From Gordius albopunctatus (lineage: Eukaryota), in assembly GCA_964276515.1 (NCBI GenBank), contig OZ193909.1, positions 12,276,001 through 12,340,000 on the forward strand: a DNA stretch of 64,000 nucleotides. The letters run 5' to 3'. Positions 38,834 to 53,500 of this stretch are shown here, piece after piece. A program made the translations under genes and the position numbers. The stretch's first letter is position 1, and each line of letters starts with the position of its first letter. The notes under the pieces are model-generated. The model saw only the letters and a program-made list of their open reading frames with translations. It had not been told where the DNA came from and made no database searches.

Positions 38834-40115
38834 TTCATGCCAATTAATCTAGCAGGGCTCAGTTTGATGAAAATGCAGATTGTTGATTATAAACGGTATT
38901 GGCTTAACAGAGTACCCAATTGGGGCAGCAGCCCCTCCCTCTTATTTTAATTTTTTTATTATGGTTGACTATTTAAAAAATTATAATTTTGCCCCTCTGT
39001 AAATCATTATCATCTTTCTGATCTCCTCCAGTTCAAATCCCCCATAAAAACGTTATGTTGACTTATAATTAAAAAGTGCAAAATAATAATTAGCTATACA
39101 TATATATATTAAAAATAAACTATATATCAATTTAATATAAGGATGGAATAGTAACAAAATGTTGTCTAATTAAATTTGGTATGATCTAATTAATAATTGA
39201 AAGGGCGTCTACTGGAAAAAATGGCTGATGTACTATTGAGTAGAAGAGAACGAGAGAGGGAAGAAGGGACGCCATTAATATTAAATTACAACAAGCGATT
39301 GTGGGGTGGTAACGAACGCAGCACTATCGTCAGAGTTTTTTTTTATATATTTAATTAAATATTTTTTCCCTTACCTCAAGCTTAACTAATGTAACATCAT
39401 GCTAGTAACATTAAATGCACAATAATAGTAGACGTGTTCATTTGCCTTCTGTCTCAATTTTAGAAAAAAATATTAAATGGAAGGAGGAGGTTGAGGAAAC
39501 GTAGCTTAAACAAAAGAATTGAAATTGTTTAGGATTTAAAAATAAAATTTGGAGCCATCATTATTATGCTAATTTGGCGTCAGTAACTTATAACAAAGGT
39601 TTTTAATGCAGGGTGAAGTCTTTGTTCTTTCTGCGAACTCATTTTAAATATAAGCTAAATTATAAAGTTCTGGTCACAAATTATATTTAGGGTCCATATA
39701 TATATTATTTGCATTATTTTGATAAAATTATTCACACAATTTACCTACGAATATCGAATAAAATTAATTTTATGTTTTGACTAAAAAAATTTTATATTAT
39801 ATAATTAATAGGCCATTGATTATATAATTCGACATGAGCTATATATAAATAATTAGGTTTCAATTAGGGTTAACATGTCAATTAGATTAATGTTAATATA
39901 AATCATAAACATACCTTCTTCCATTCTATTGTTTCTGCAAACAAACAAGATTTATCTTTACTTTTTTTTAGACATTTGGTACTTCATTTGATTTAGGTCA
40001 GTATGTTAAACGGATTAATTACCCTTAATTAGGTCTGGGACATATGAATTTAAATCTTTTAATTAAATTAATATTAGATATACTAAATACATTGTCTACA
40101 TGTTTATAGCTTAAG

Positions 40116-40808
40116 CATGGGCTTAACCGGAGGGTGGCAGGGGGGAGGGCGGTTGCCCCCTCTAAATCAAGAAATTTTAATAAATATTATGTTGCCCTGC
40201 CTAAAGTAGAGCCCTGCACGGGTGACCCGAAGTCGGGTCGGGTTCGGGTTGAAAAATTAAAAACGCTTTCGGGTCGGATCGGGTTGAAGGTTATAAATCT
40301 TATATTGCATAACAAACATATCTTTCAAATTAATGCTATTACATATAAAACATTTTTTAACTAATATCGAAATGTATCATTAATTAATCTCATTCATTCA
40401 TTTAATTGATTTCCTTGTAATTCACTTCTTATTTTTGTATCAGGCCAATTTCAAACTCTACATTGGTAAAATATATAATAACTATAATATTTATTATGGA
40501 TCCACATAAATTACAGAAGCTGATTGACAATAAAATCTATAGAGTGGAAAAGAATTTGGTGGGTAAATACAATATTTGGCAATTATTCCATTCCATTTCA
40601 TATATGACGAAAATGACAAGAAAATAGACTTTGTTAGATGCTCAACCTGTTTTCGTGTCTGGTCGTTTTTGGGTTGAAAAATTTTTAAACGCTTTCGGGT
40701 TGAAAAATTAAAAACGGTTTCGGGTTCGGGTTGAAAAAATGTGACTTTGCAGGGCTCTAGCCTAAAGCACCAATGACACCCTCTAATTCTAATCATGCTA
40801 CGCCCATG
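40116..40808. mobile_element. CATGGGC-family MITE hosting a second MITE
   Basis: Ends CATGGGCTTAACC and GCTACGCCCATG; TSD AGCTTAAG/AGCTTAAA. Confidence 0.75.
40207..40759. mobile_element. hAT-type MITE, TAGAGCCCTGCA family
   Basis: Perfect 12-bp TIRs TAGAGCCCTGCA / TGCAGGGCTCTA, perfect 8-bp TSD GCCTAAAG and TCGGGT subterminal repeats. Confidence 0.92.
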
Positions 40809-43800
40809 AGCTTAAAGTATGTTTCAAGCAGGACAGAGCGGCTAGTTTTTTTCTTATAAATGTTTTGGACTTCCATGCCATCCATGAGATTAAACATTTA
40901 ATTGCGATTGATATACTTTTATATGGAAAAGTGAACCCAATCAATTGGAATCTTATCAGCTGGTTAGATAAAAAAAGTAAAGTTTTAACTAGCCATATCT
41001 TGGGAACAGATCAGAATTTTTAACATTGTAACCACAATATATTATCATACCTAATTTTAATTTCTATATAATATATGGGCTCGCTTAAGGTTGTCCTGTC
41101 CGAGTTGTAATTTTTTTAATTGCTATTTATCCTTCAGTAAAAGGCTTTTTCGCCCACCCCCTTCCCCTTTAAATTGCATAGCAAGTGCTAAGTTTATATG
41201 GAGTATACTAGGCGCAAGTCCGAAAGTAATTTTATCTAAATATACATATATTAAAAATAGAGGCATAGGCCTAGGTGGGGGGGGGGGCAGAGGGTAATCA
41301 TTAATGTTGAACAAATAAATGATAATTATTAATTAAAATTTTTTTTTGCCCTCGCCGAGATTTGAACCCACATCAGTTGATACAAGTTGGACAATGGAGG
41401 GACGGACAACGAAAAGCGAGTCCATAAATTACATAGCAATTAAAAGTAGATTATAATCAAATTTAAAACGAGTAACAATTTATGGCTTACATTTTCAAAA
41501 CAATATCAAGACCTGTTACATCTTAATAATGATGCTCTTTCATATTACCTTCAAGCATTTTTCGTGAATTCTCGAGGACCTCCCTGACCAACGAGATGCC
41601 CTACAAGATTTTACAGTTTTTAAGAAACCAAACTAAGTCCTGTGATAAATCACGAAGAATATGTATTTCTTGTGATTAAGTCAAATAATATGATTTGAGG
41701 TCAAGGAACAAATAACAATGCTTTTGATAGTTCCCACACTCTATCCTTAAATATTGTCATGCAGGCAAGCAGGCGGCCAGAGAGGTATTAATTTATAACG
41801 GACAGCAATACAATATGGTAGCTTTGTCTGTAGTTTAGCGAGAAGCGTAGCATTAGCGACGGACTGTAAAGCGCGTATCATTGATTTACATCTTGATTGA
41901 CCCCTGCTGCTGGCATTTCAACTTGATTTAAAAGCTAATAGTTTATTAATAAGGATTAATGCACCCCCCCCCTTCCCCACCTCTCGTGCTTTAGCGGCTT
42001 TAAAGGCTTCATAATCTAACTTTAATTTTGCAAATTATTAAACACGATTTAAAATGTATGCAGGTATAAAATGTTTAATTCGTGAATTTTGTATTAAATT
42101 TAAAAGTTTTTAGGCAACTTTGATTCGACATTAAAAATTAAGACAGGGAAAAGGCTGTAATCATGAAGGTATCGAGGAGGAATTAAATTAGGAGGTGGCA
42201 AAAAGTATAGGAAAATGACATTATTTTGTAACTTTTTGATTCGGTTATGGCTAATGAATAAAAAAATAAAAATTTTGTAACTTAATGAATTTAATTTAAA
42301 AGGGGTGCAGACTACTGACCCTCTTTGCCTCCCCCTGACTAAGCTCAAGATTATAGTAAAAACATTAAGAGTTGTTAAAATGCTTTCGATATAATGTGCG
42401 TACCCATGGCCGTAGCCAAGAGGAGGGGCAGTCTAGATCCCAAAATTTATCAAAATTTCAAACAATCATCCTTTCCCACCTCCCTAAATCATTATTGTCC
42501 CACTCTAATTCCGATGCTAGCTGCGCGGCCCATGTTAGCAACTCTCTAATATAATTATATAAGTTTGTGCATCACGTTTTAAAATGAATAAATGAAAGCA
42601 ATAAAATATATTCATAATTCTTTTGTTATGAAAAATGAAAGTTGTTGCCTAAAGAATTCTTAAGAGTTCTCATGATCCTAAGTATCTAATCAAATACTTC
42701 GCATGCTAACCTATAAATTGAATTAAATTTATTAACAGATAAACATTGTATTGACCAAATTAAATATTAAATTGCCATTCCTTCAAATTGACAGGTTTAT
42801 TTTGGGAAATCAAAAATCCTATCTTTTGAGTCCGGGTTAAAATTGGTAGGATAGGCAAACTATCTTTTTTCCTAATTTTTGTTTTATTTCAAATTCAATA
42901 CAAAGAAAAATGCAAAAACCGCATATATTATTTCGGTTAAGGACAGGCGCTGCTACTAAATAACTTTTTAAGCCTTTAGGAGTAAATAAGGGGGTTCAAC
43001 CATGAGTAATTTAAAATTAACTGTCAATCTATTCTTTTACTTTAATTAATCATCCCTGACTCTATAAATTTATTTCATTAAAAAAATAACTTTAAAGTTC
43101 ATAAACAAACATAGAAATTTACTATTGATGATTGTTTTTGTGACTCAAATAAAGCCGAGATTTTACCCAAGAGAAATTTTTATCAAAAAAAGTTAGTTAC
43201 CTTTTGTTGTGGGCCAAGTTATGGGCAGGGGAGAGTTATAAAAAATATATTTTTAAGTATATTGTAAGTAACGCTCATCTAATAATAATTCATCAATTTA
43301 TCTAACAAATATATAAATTGATCCTGAAATTCGCCCAAAAGTTTTAAACATTATATACAAAGACCAAAATCTTTTAAAAAATATTGATTTATTTCCCTTT
43401 TTAATAAATCCTTTTTTATATGGTTTCTATTTTAAAATGAGTGTAAACTTGATGCCGACAATTTATAATGGGCATAAATACTTAGATATTTTAAAAATAA
43501 TTTTTTGTGTTAAATTTGCTCGTACGATTGATAAAACTTAATTTTAGTAATAAGTTGGTTTAGATTTTCAAACTACTGCCTCAATTAATAAAGCACACGC
43601 TGCTCCAACTGTTTCAAACGACGAAATTTTTAAAAATACTATTCGAAGCTAAGAACTTCATTTATTTACACTTTGAAATAAAAACCTTTTATGCTATTTA
43701 AATTCAAGAATCCATGCTTAAATTATAAAAAACACTTATAATGTATCTTTTTGTCACGAGGGAAGTGGTTAAATATTAAATTATTTTTACCAACCTTTTA

Positions 43801-45354
43801 TTTTGACAACGCTATAATATGAGCATCAACTTGATTTAGTTGTCTTGGTATATATTTAATTCTTGGATGCAAAATACAACATATATGGTCACTACTTTAC
43901 CCAAAATTTAAATTTTCTTTCTCGAGTTTCTATTTATTCAAAAAAGCTGTTTTGATATACTTAATTAATATTTTTCATTTCTAAACTGTTTCTTTGACGA
44001 ATCTCACCGAAGACCTTTATAAACCTTTGATTAATAAACTTACGGGTTACATGCAATGTTGGCAGTTTTTAATTTATGTATATCTAGAAAATTTTAGGCA
44101 ATTTATTAAATGCAGCCTACATGTTATGTTATGAACCCATATGTTTTAGTCATTACGGCGATTTCTTATCTCTACCATATCATATTAATCTAATCTAGTT
44201 GTGTGGAGAAGCCAATTTATTAAAAAGGGAAAAAAATCTAGCACTGTCATTTATTGTACTAAAACTAATCAAACCCCGTGCCTTTCTAAGGCATCACCAG
44301 CAACACGGCGAGATAGTGTATTAGCGCGTCAATATTGTCTAGGGCCCCCCAAGCTAGGGACAAGGCAAAGCAAGATTTGACAATTTTACGCTAGACAAGC
44401 AAGGATTTAATTTGCTCTAAGCTGACCGTCAAAAAGGCATAAACTGCAGTTTGGAAGGGGCGATGAAAAATTATTTATATTTGCACTATCGATTTTAGAA
44501 CTTTTTGGTTATCGATAAAGGTTCACCTATTTTTATACGTCCAAAATATTAATAGTTTCGTTTATTTAATAAGTGAAAAATGAAAGGCACTAACACCGAA
44601 ATAATATCAATTTTAATATATCGAGCTGTAAATGGTTTTTTAAAATTTTTTTTAAAGAGTGGCGAAAAGTTTGGCAATAATATATGAAGAGATAAAACTA
44701 TAGTTTTCAATATTTTTAATTTAATTGAAAGGGAGCAGTTCCCTTCCCTAGTTTTGGCTGCGTTCTTGGTGAATGTGTACATCTGCAAACAAATTAAATT
44801 TTGTTTAAAAAGTAAAATGCACTGTTGCGAATAAAAGTCCAAATCAAATGTAAAATTTTAACAATGTTTATTAGAATTAATCGAAAATGGTCTCTCTTCC
44901 TATTATATAAACTTACTAGGCAAAAGTTAAAAAATTGTTTTTAAAAATTAAGTAATTTCAATTTTTTACAAAGCCTCCCTATCCCTTGTTAGCTATTCTC
45001 AGGCACAAAAAACATTTTTACCCGCCTGCCTGACCTGACACGAAGAAAATTTTGCCGAAAAAATTGTTCAAGACTATCAATATTTTAATAGGACCGGTAA
45101 TTTTTGAATATTTAATGAATGTTTAATTTACAATTAATTTGTTATATTTACTTAAATAAAAATTTGGGCATGATTAAATTGCAGTTACTTAATGTTAAAT
45201 TAACAAAATGCCAAACCAATGAGTAAAAAATAAGTATAAATAAACTTGACCTAAATGATTAATAATATAAGGCTTCATACATAATGCATTAAGTTCTACT
45301 TATTTATAAAAAAATTTGAAAACTACGATTTGGGGAGATCTAAATAGTATAAAA

Positions 45355-46459
45355 TAGTGCTGTAAACATTTGTAAAAAAATCGAACGCGTTCATGGTCGT
45401 TTAAAAAAAGGAACGCGTTCACGTTCTTTCAAAATTGTATGATAATTTTTTTAAATTAAATTTAATATAAATAAACGTCTTATATTTTTTAATAAAATAA
45501 ATAGCCATGATAAAAAATAATAGTTTTATTTCGATAATATAATTATAAATCAATAAAATCTATTTTCTTATTGATTTTTAATAATTAATTGTTTTTCAAA
45601 ATTGTCTTCTGATAAGCAGGAACGCTTGGCAGTTAATACAGAATTAGCTATGCTAAAAACCCGCTCCACAGGGGCAGATGAGGGGATTGGAGTATTATAC
45701 TTAATAAACAAATTTTTTAAAGGAGGAAATTTATTAAAAACATTTAATGTTTTGTCCCTCGCTTCAAAAAATTGCGACAAGATATCATCCTCCAATCCGC
45801 CCTCTACTTCCTCGTCAAAAAATGATATCTCGGAATTGACATCTCTTTCATTATCAATTCTAGGGGTTTCAGTCCCTTTTTTCAATAACACTAGAAGTTT
45901 ATTTTTAAAGGTTCATTTTCTCGAAGTTTAACCCAAGGCCACCTTGATACAGAGATAATACTTTTTGGACACATTTAACATTTGGTAATTAAATTATTGA
46001 ATTCGATCCTTTATATGAAACGAGTGAAAAATATTTTTCATATTTTGGCCATGGCAATTTCAATTCATCTGCTGATTTTGAATATTCAGAATCTGAAGAT
46101 GACGACGATATAATATTATGATTGTCCATATTAACCTATAAATTAAACTATAATTAATAATATCAAATTAATTAACTTTAATCTTATCTTCTTTCGCACG
46201 TTATAGTATGTTAAAAGTATTTCGGAATTGGTAATAGGAAACAGGAAAAACAGCTGATTAAAGAATATAAGACTTTTTTGATTAACATTAATTTTCAAAT
46301 AAAAAAAAATAAAAAGGGTTTTTAAAATTGAACGAACGTTAAATTCGAACGCGTTCATCAAAAAAAGGAACGCGTTTACGTTCAAAGTTTACCAAAAAAT
46401 AAAAGAACGCCGTTCATGAACGTGTTCATAAAATTTGAACGCGTTAATTTACAGCACTA
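45355..46459 (-). mobile_element. Internally deleted hAT transposon with both ends intact
   Basis: TIRs TAGTGCTGTAAA / TTTACAGCACTA, perfect TSD GTATAAAA and GAACGCGTTC subterminal palindromes. It retains an N-terminal piece (PWPKYEKYF, BED-finger-like) and the dimerisation domain (FPPLKNLFIKYNTPIPSSAPVERVFS, ORF 45568..45891). Confidence 0.92.
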
Positions 46460-46601
46460 GTATAAAATGACGAAATTAAAGATTGTCCAAAAATATTTTT
46501 TCCAAAATATGAAAGGGTCTTGCGAAATTTCGACAAATAGGCAAATATTTTTACCAGGTTGGTCAAGATGCAATAGGGAAAACACTTTAAGTAGTAGCAA
46601 T

Positions 46602-46994
46602 CAGAGACCAGATTTGCCCGGCCCGGATTTTAACTTTCGGGCGGGCCCGGGCGGGCACCATAACAAGATTCGGGCAATTCGGGCTCAATTTCGTTTTTAA
46701 AGTAATGTATTATATTGCTTTTGTGTATATTTTGCCAATTTTTTAATTGATTTCATTATTTTTGTTAATTTTCGTTCTCATTTAAAAAAAATCCAAAATT
46801 AAGATAAAATTTTTAAAAAATCTAACGATATTAGTGCTAAAAATTTTAAAACACACCATTTCGGGCCGGACAGTTCGGGCAGCTCTGATGATTCGGGCAT
46901 AGCCAGGCGGACACATAGAAGGGTTCGGGCGGGCAGATTAATTATAAAATCGGGCCGGGTTCGGGCAGAAAAATTCTAACAAATCTGACCTCTG
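46602..46994. mobile_element. hAT-type MITE (CAGAG family)
   Basis: TIRs CAGAGACCAGATTTG / CAAATCTGACCTCTG, perfect TSD GTAGCAAT and TTCGGGC repeats. Confidence 0.9.
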
Positions 46995-47325
46995 GTAGCA
47001 ATTGCATTTTGCTTCGTCAACAAATATGCATTAAAGTTATCAAGCCTGTATTTATTTTTTATATTATTTGAGCTTTATTTTTAATTACAACGAAAACATA
47101 CTTAAAATAAGGAGATATTCTTAAAAATATTTGTAATAATATATTTGTTTGATAAAATGTCAACTAAACCATGGGCGTAACCAAGATTGATTCGGGGGAG
47201 GGGGGCAAAATGATAATTTTTTGAAATTTTAGCCAAAATTATATAAAGCCTTAAAGTATTTTAAGGTCTAGAAGGGGTGGCCGCCCCTCCCTGCCCTGCC
47301 ACCCCTGGCTATCTATGCCTAGGCA

Positions 47326-47705
47326 CATGGGCGTAGCCAGCTTCTTTTTTTGGTATTTAACGTTAGTAATTAAAATATTTTGCTATTCTTTGGCCTCAAC
47401 CCACATAAAAACTCATTATTAATCAACAGTACAGTGTACAGAGGATATGTAAACGATGTATGAAGGAACTAACACAAACGCAACTACTAATCTCAATATT
47501 TAATTCTTATATAATTTAAATTTGCGTCAAAAGGTCGTGAAATAAAATTTTCAACATAAAACTTAATTTCAATCAGGGGGGGGGGGCGAAACACTAATTT
47601 TTTCCAATTTTTACATAAATTTACATTAAAAAATAGAAAAATTCTCATTCAGGGGGGGGGGGGGGAGGGGCGGCCCCCCCCCTGCCCCCCCTGCCTACGC
47701 CCATG
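47326..47705. mobile_element. CATGGGCGTAG-family MITE (380 bp) at the end of an older copy of the same family
   Basis: TIRs CATGGGCGTAG / CTACGCCCATG with a perfect TSD CCTAGGCA. Confidence 0.9.
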
Positions 47706-50109
47706 CCTAGGCATTAGACAAAACATTTGGATTTCACACAAAAACTATTATATAATGAGAGGAAAATTATATTCGGGTATTATAGAATATATATAATATA
47801 TGTACCAGTTTATTGACAAAAATTTTAATCAGCTGATTTTACATTTTTACTGAAGGCAAAAAATTAACAAAAAAAATTATTTTTAAAACATTATTTATCA
47901 CTTTATACATGTTTTAAATTAATTGAAAGTTTTATACATAAATGAAAAGTAATGATACCGATATTAATCCTTTTATTGATCTTATTGGTTAATTTTAGTT
48001 GAAATTTATACATTTTACGGTAAAATTTATAATTTCCAAATGCATAAATCTCAATTAAATTTAGCAAATATTTGTATTATAAGTTATTAAATTAAATAGC
48101 ATACTCTTATTCGAATTCCAGCATAAAGTATGTCCCAATGTTTTTATAATAGATGTGTTTTGTATGCAATTAGTTTGAACGCCACCTTTACACGAGAATA
48201 ATTAGACAAAGTTAATTTTATTATGTGTAAAACTGTATAGTCAATAGTCATCATATGGTATGGCATGCGCGCACATGTATTATACATGCAGTAAGTAGAG
48301 CGAATTAATGTCACACGGTTTGGTCCCCGAGTGTCGCAATCACAAGAAAGGGGGCAGGGGGGGGGCAGACCGGGGTCGTAAAAATGTTAAATGAGTATTA
48401 AACCTTTTCATCAGCCCCGAGCTTAGTTAAATAAAGGGATATTATATAGCTTTTTAGCTCTCCATTACCAAATTACTCTGGTATTTTACTTGGGCCCTTC
48501 TAATTTCTAATTCATACATAAGGTTCGTTTATGGGGGGGGGGGGGTGGGCGGCGGCGGGAGCGGTTAAGAAGTGGAGCATAGTTGGAATGAGAAGTTACT
48601 TAACATCATTAAATCTTCACTTACTACCACTTCTGTGCAAAATCTAATATGTGCAAAATGTAATATAGGCAAGGGTTAGGGTTAGATTTAGTGATTTATT
48701 TGATAATATGTATTTATTTATAAAATAGTATTACACATTTTGATATAACTTATTTTGTTTCAATTAACAATTATAGTATCCTTTTATTACGTAGTTTTTT
48801 AGTACATATTACATGCGCATGATGAATATGCGTGAAAACCGGTCTCAATTTCTAAAATGCGAATATTAAATTATTAGATTTTGCACCAGATTTCTTACTA
48901 CACGATTACATGCACGTTTAATAGGTTTGGTGTTGGTGGGGGGGGGGGGCGCTATGAATTTTTTATCATGATTTCATTACTTTCTATTTCTAGCTCTTCG
49001 CCCTGGAATGGCATTATTTGTGAGAAACTTGATACACACCAATCTCACTTAGTCATCGGATACTTTCTGAAAATGAAACTATTTCAATTGAGAACCTTAG
49101 TTTCGTTGACATTTCATTTCGTTCAATGTGAACACTTGAAGTTAATGAGGATAGAAAAGAAGGGTTACCCTAGGTAAATAAAGTACACCTAGAAATTAAT
49201 ATATATAAAATGATACTTTTTCTGTGGGAGAAAATATTCACCCGCAGATTAACTGCTCTATGAAATAAAAACCAGTCATTAATTTTTTGGTAGATAAGCT
49301 GTTTTTTGGTTGGGATCTTTTTTATAGCATGGATTCAAAAAAGCAAAAAATATTTAATTTACAATTACCAAAACTTTTTAGATAATTTTTTAATTACAAA
49401 ATTTTTTAAATTCTTACCCATTTTCTAACATAACCTTAAATATAACAACTTAATTGCAAAATAATAAAAAATTTTATTTTTTATTCAATGGTTTATAGAT
49501 AGTAATCTAAATTTTAAACAAGGCATTTTATTATATTTTAACAAATCGTCTAAAACGTTTTAATCTAAAACATTACAATATTTTAATGATTTTATATTAA
49601 TCGGTCATTAATGCTAAAAAATAGTTGTCTATGTATCGTGCCTTGTAAAACATTCATGTTTATAGAGTTTTCAATTTTAATGCAAAAGCTTAACCGAAAA
49701 ATAATCAATTGCCCATATTAACGGGCAATAGCCTTTTAATAAAATTGTGATAATATCATGCTTTGCGAAAATCAGGAAAGATAAATGCAATTTCTTCTGC
49801 TACTTGCATAAATTAAGCCTTTTTTGAAAACAATTTATTCCAAACAACATTTGAAAAATGAGCTTTGATTAACATTATTGGCTCCAATTAAAAACCAATT
49901 AGCTCTCTGAAGTTTCGTAAGCTATTTTTTAACTCAAGATCTCTGCCCTTAAGACCTTGTGTTGTATAAAGGTTTAAAAATATCTTGCCTTATATACACT
50001 TATAAATTCAATGGAGGCTTAAAACTGATATAGCGGACGTAAAGTAGGACAAAAATTTAAATTTGAAAAAAATCAAATGGAGATTAAAAAAATTAGAGAT
50101 CAAAAACTG

Positions 50110-50302
50110 GGTGTTTTTAGGAGCGGCCCGCCCGTACCCCGAAAACTTGCAGGCCCGTCCGAGCCCGTGCGTAATTTTTTTGTACACTTTAGGCTCGTCC
50201 GTACCCGTTTGAAAAGCCTTCAAACCCGTCCGTGACCCTGCGTATTTTTTCCAATGCAACTCAGCAGACCCGACCACCGATTGACCCGTGGGCCCGGCCC
50301 AT
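50110..50302. repeat. CCCGT/CCCG-rich subterminal repeat block, likely an hAT-type element fragment
   Basis: Repeated GCCCG/ACCCGT motifs in otherwise AT-rich DNA. Confidence 0.45.
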
Positions 50303-50330
50303 TAAAAAAACTAAAAATTTCTGCAACGTT

Positions 50331-50500
50331 CATGAGCGTAGCCACCACTGGGATTAGAGGGGGGGGCAATAATGATTGAGGGGTGGGGGCAAGATGATCA
50401 CCTTTTGAAATTTTAGCCATAATTTTAATAAATTTTAAGAAAAGGTTGGATTTAGATGGGGGCAGCGGCCCCTTTCTGCCTCCCTTTGACTGCGCCCATG
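50331..50500. mobile_element. CATGGGCG-family MITE (170 bp)
   Basis: Ends CATGAGCGTAGCC and GACTGCGCCCATG, with a perfect TSD GCAACGTT. The body is similar to 10894-11047. Confidence 0.9.
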
Positions 50501-53500
50501 GCAACGTTTATTGTCATATTACTGATATCTTTAACGATATTTGGATGGAATCGGTTAATTTCTTAAGGTTTCAAATCTATTCCCCATCTTAGTCAGTAAA
50601 ATTTTTCATTCCAATTTTTGATTATTATTAAATACAATTATGATTCGTTGAATTTCACATTTTTAATATTAAACCCTAAATTTTTGTACAAAATGTGGTT
50701 GTAGAAAAACTTTGAAGGTTATCATAAATAAAATCCTTAATCTTTGCTTAATCAAATAGTCACATATCCATAGTTGCGCACACAGTCCTTTCTAAGCATA
50801 CTTTTTGTTTCTAGAAATTGACAAAAGTCGATTGAGACGCAATAAACCCCTGAAATACTAAATTTAATTAGTTAGCATTTTATACAAGAATTTTAAATTG
50901 ATTCTGTTAATTAGCTTTTACTAGAGAAGCTACTTTTACAGGTTGCGTAAAAGTGTAGTCATATATTAGGAAAATGGAATATTAACGAAATGTTCAAAAT
51001 TTATATATAGCACAAAATGCAAAATAAATTAATGTGCAAGTAAGAATGTTGCAAATAAGTATATTAAATATTTATAAAATTATTCACATATAGGGATTGA
51101 ACCTGAAATTTTTTGTTTTAAATACTAATAATTCATAATCAAAATTTTGTAACGAATTATTCAAAGACTTACTTTTACTCAATTTAAATATCATATATTA
51201 TAGGGGACCGATAAAATTTTATGGCTATTCGAGTTCGCTATAAAACTTAAGGTTTTAATTAGATACATAAAATATATTTTTTCTATTGTTATGTTTGGCC
51301 TTACATTTATAATATTTAATACTAAGGTAGCCGGGGGGGGGGGCAAGAGGGGTTCCCAACCCCTACTAAATTAAAAAATCATATACATTTAATATAATAC
51401 ATAAATAGCATAGCAATTAATAATTTTAAAATATTATGATTTTGTTCATCCCTATTTCATTACCAAAGTAAATGGCACCTCTCCGCCCCCCCCCCGTCCT
51501 ATCACAAATCTACCCATGTGATCAATGCTATAATCAAAAAATTAGATATTTTAAGTGACTTTGGGCATCTGTCTATCTGTCAAGTGTCTTCAGATGTTAA
51601 ACTAAATTTATTTTATATATTTTTAACACTTCGTAGTTCGTACTATCTCAACTCGAGCGAAAAGATTTCTATAGCTTGGCATTATCACAAATAGAAATTT
51701 AAGGTTTTACATATATAAAAATGACGAAAAAAATTTATTTTCAAAATCTGATTTACTAATGTGGTTACACTCGGAGAAATTTTCGAGATAGTTTTATTAA
51801 TTATCCAAATACAAGAGCAAGTGTTTTTTGAGAAAAATAAGTGCGTTTATATAATCGCGCATTAATTGAATAAACAATTAAATTTAGTGTTGAGTCCTCG
51901 AGGTGTTTTTGATTGGTCAATTAACGTCCCGAGGTAATGGACGCAACGCTACAAAATCAAATATTCTGGCGAAAAAACAAATCGTGTAAGGTGAATCAAA
52001 TGCTAAAAAATGTTTGCTAAAAATTAACAAATACAAAACTTAGCATTACTATTAAAAAATTTCGATTTGCCGAAGGATACTTGGTTCAATAAATAAACAC
52101 TAAGAATTATTTTTCCATCTAAATATCGTTTCACACAAAATAAAATTTAAATGAATTTTATGATTTAAAATGCTTATCTTCACCAATAGATCTTATAAAT
52201 AAGTTGTCGACTTATTTAAGATAGCTTTTTATTTTAGGTCCAACCAAATGGCAAATAAGGCCTGCTTAGGGCTCTTTCTTAAGTTATATTAATTTCTATA
52301 AGCACTCACAAAAATGCTCCTTAGGGTGATGTGAAGTGATCAATAATTAATTTTAATGACTATCAGCGAGTTTTATAATTTGTAGGGTTGTAGTAGGGGT
52401 ACGAGATGTTTTCCAAAACCTAACTTAAAAATTATAAATATATACCTAAACTAATGGGTGAGCTAAAATCATTTGTACGATATTTAGCCATATTTAAAAA
52501 AATTTATTGAAAAGTTTAAAAGTGTATTTTTTCAAATTTTGTAGTCAATGAAAAAAGCGTTAACTCCATAATGCCATATCTCTTTCCTTTTTTGTTTAAA
52601 AAATGGGAAAAAGAGAAACATATTTATAAATAGCAATTGCCAAGTTGACTTAGTGATATGCCATTAATATTCCACCCACCCGATACAAAATACCATTTTT
52701 TGATTAAATTTTGAAAAGAGTTTATGTTACTCAATCTATCGTACAAATACTTGCAGCATAGTTTTTGCAAAGGGCATAGTTATTTATAAATCATTGATTT
52801 AGGTTGTGAGTTAAAGTTTGTATTTAGCTCACTAAATTTCGTTATCCGATCTCAAACTTTTTAGAAATGAACCGTAATAACCTATATAACTTACGTGCCT
52901 GCTTGTCACACATGGGCATGAAAGCGAAATTGTAGACTCCTTATTGACTAAAACAATCTCATGTAAATGTAAAGTATGGGGGGGGGGGCACGGGGAATTG
53001 ATTTATTTATATGAGATTTTATCAATTTTAAAAGCTTATATAAATAGTCAATGCACATCAATACAGCATGTGTGGTGACCTGGAGAAGTGACATAAACCA
53101 CATGCATTATATTGAGCTACTATATCATTGATTGATCGTTTTTGATTTGCAGAGTTAATAAAAGTAAAATTGCATCTTCTGGGTCGGAGATATGGGTTAG
53201 TCTCGATAAGGGACAAATTGAATCTCCTCCTAAAAACTGTAAAATAATTATATAATAAAATTCTGTAGAGCATAGCTATATTAATAATATATAGTAATGA
53301 AAATGAATTTTTGGGATTATTTGAATTAATACTTTGATATTTTGAGAATAAAAACTTATACCTTTAAAAATTTAAAAAATATTGTCTTGCCCCCCCCCCC
53401 TCCTAATCTAAATCCTGGCTACGCCCATGTCTAATTTTTATAATAATGATTACATCATTTCTACTAACAAAACCTGACCCGCAACCCATTCGATTGCACA

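Noticed and set aside
40134..40796. ORFs 40134..40364 and 40494..40796 (also 46467..46700, 50008..50504, 37001..37303, 16409..16612)
   Set aside because: They are chance frames across GC-rich MITE termini with no protein motifs.
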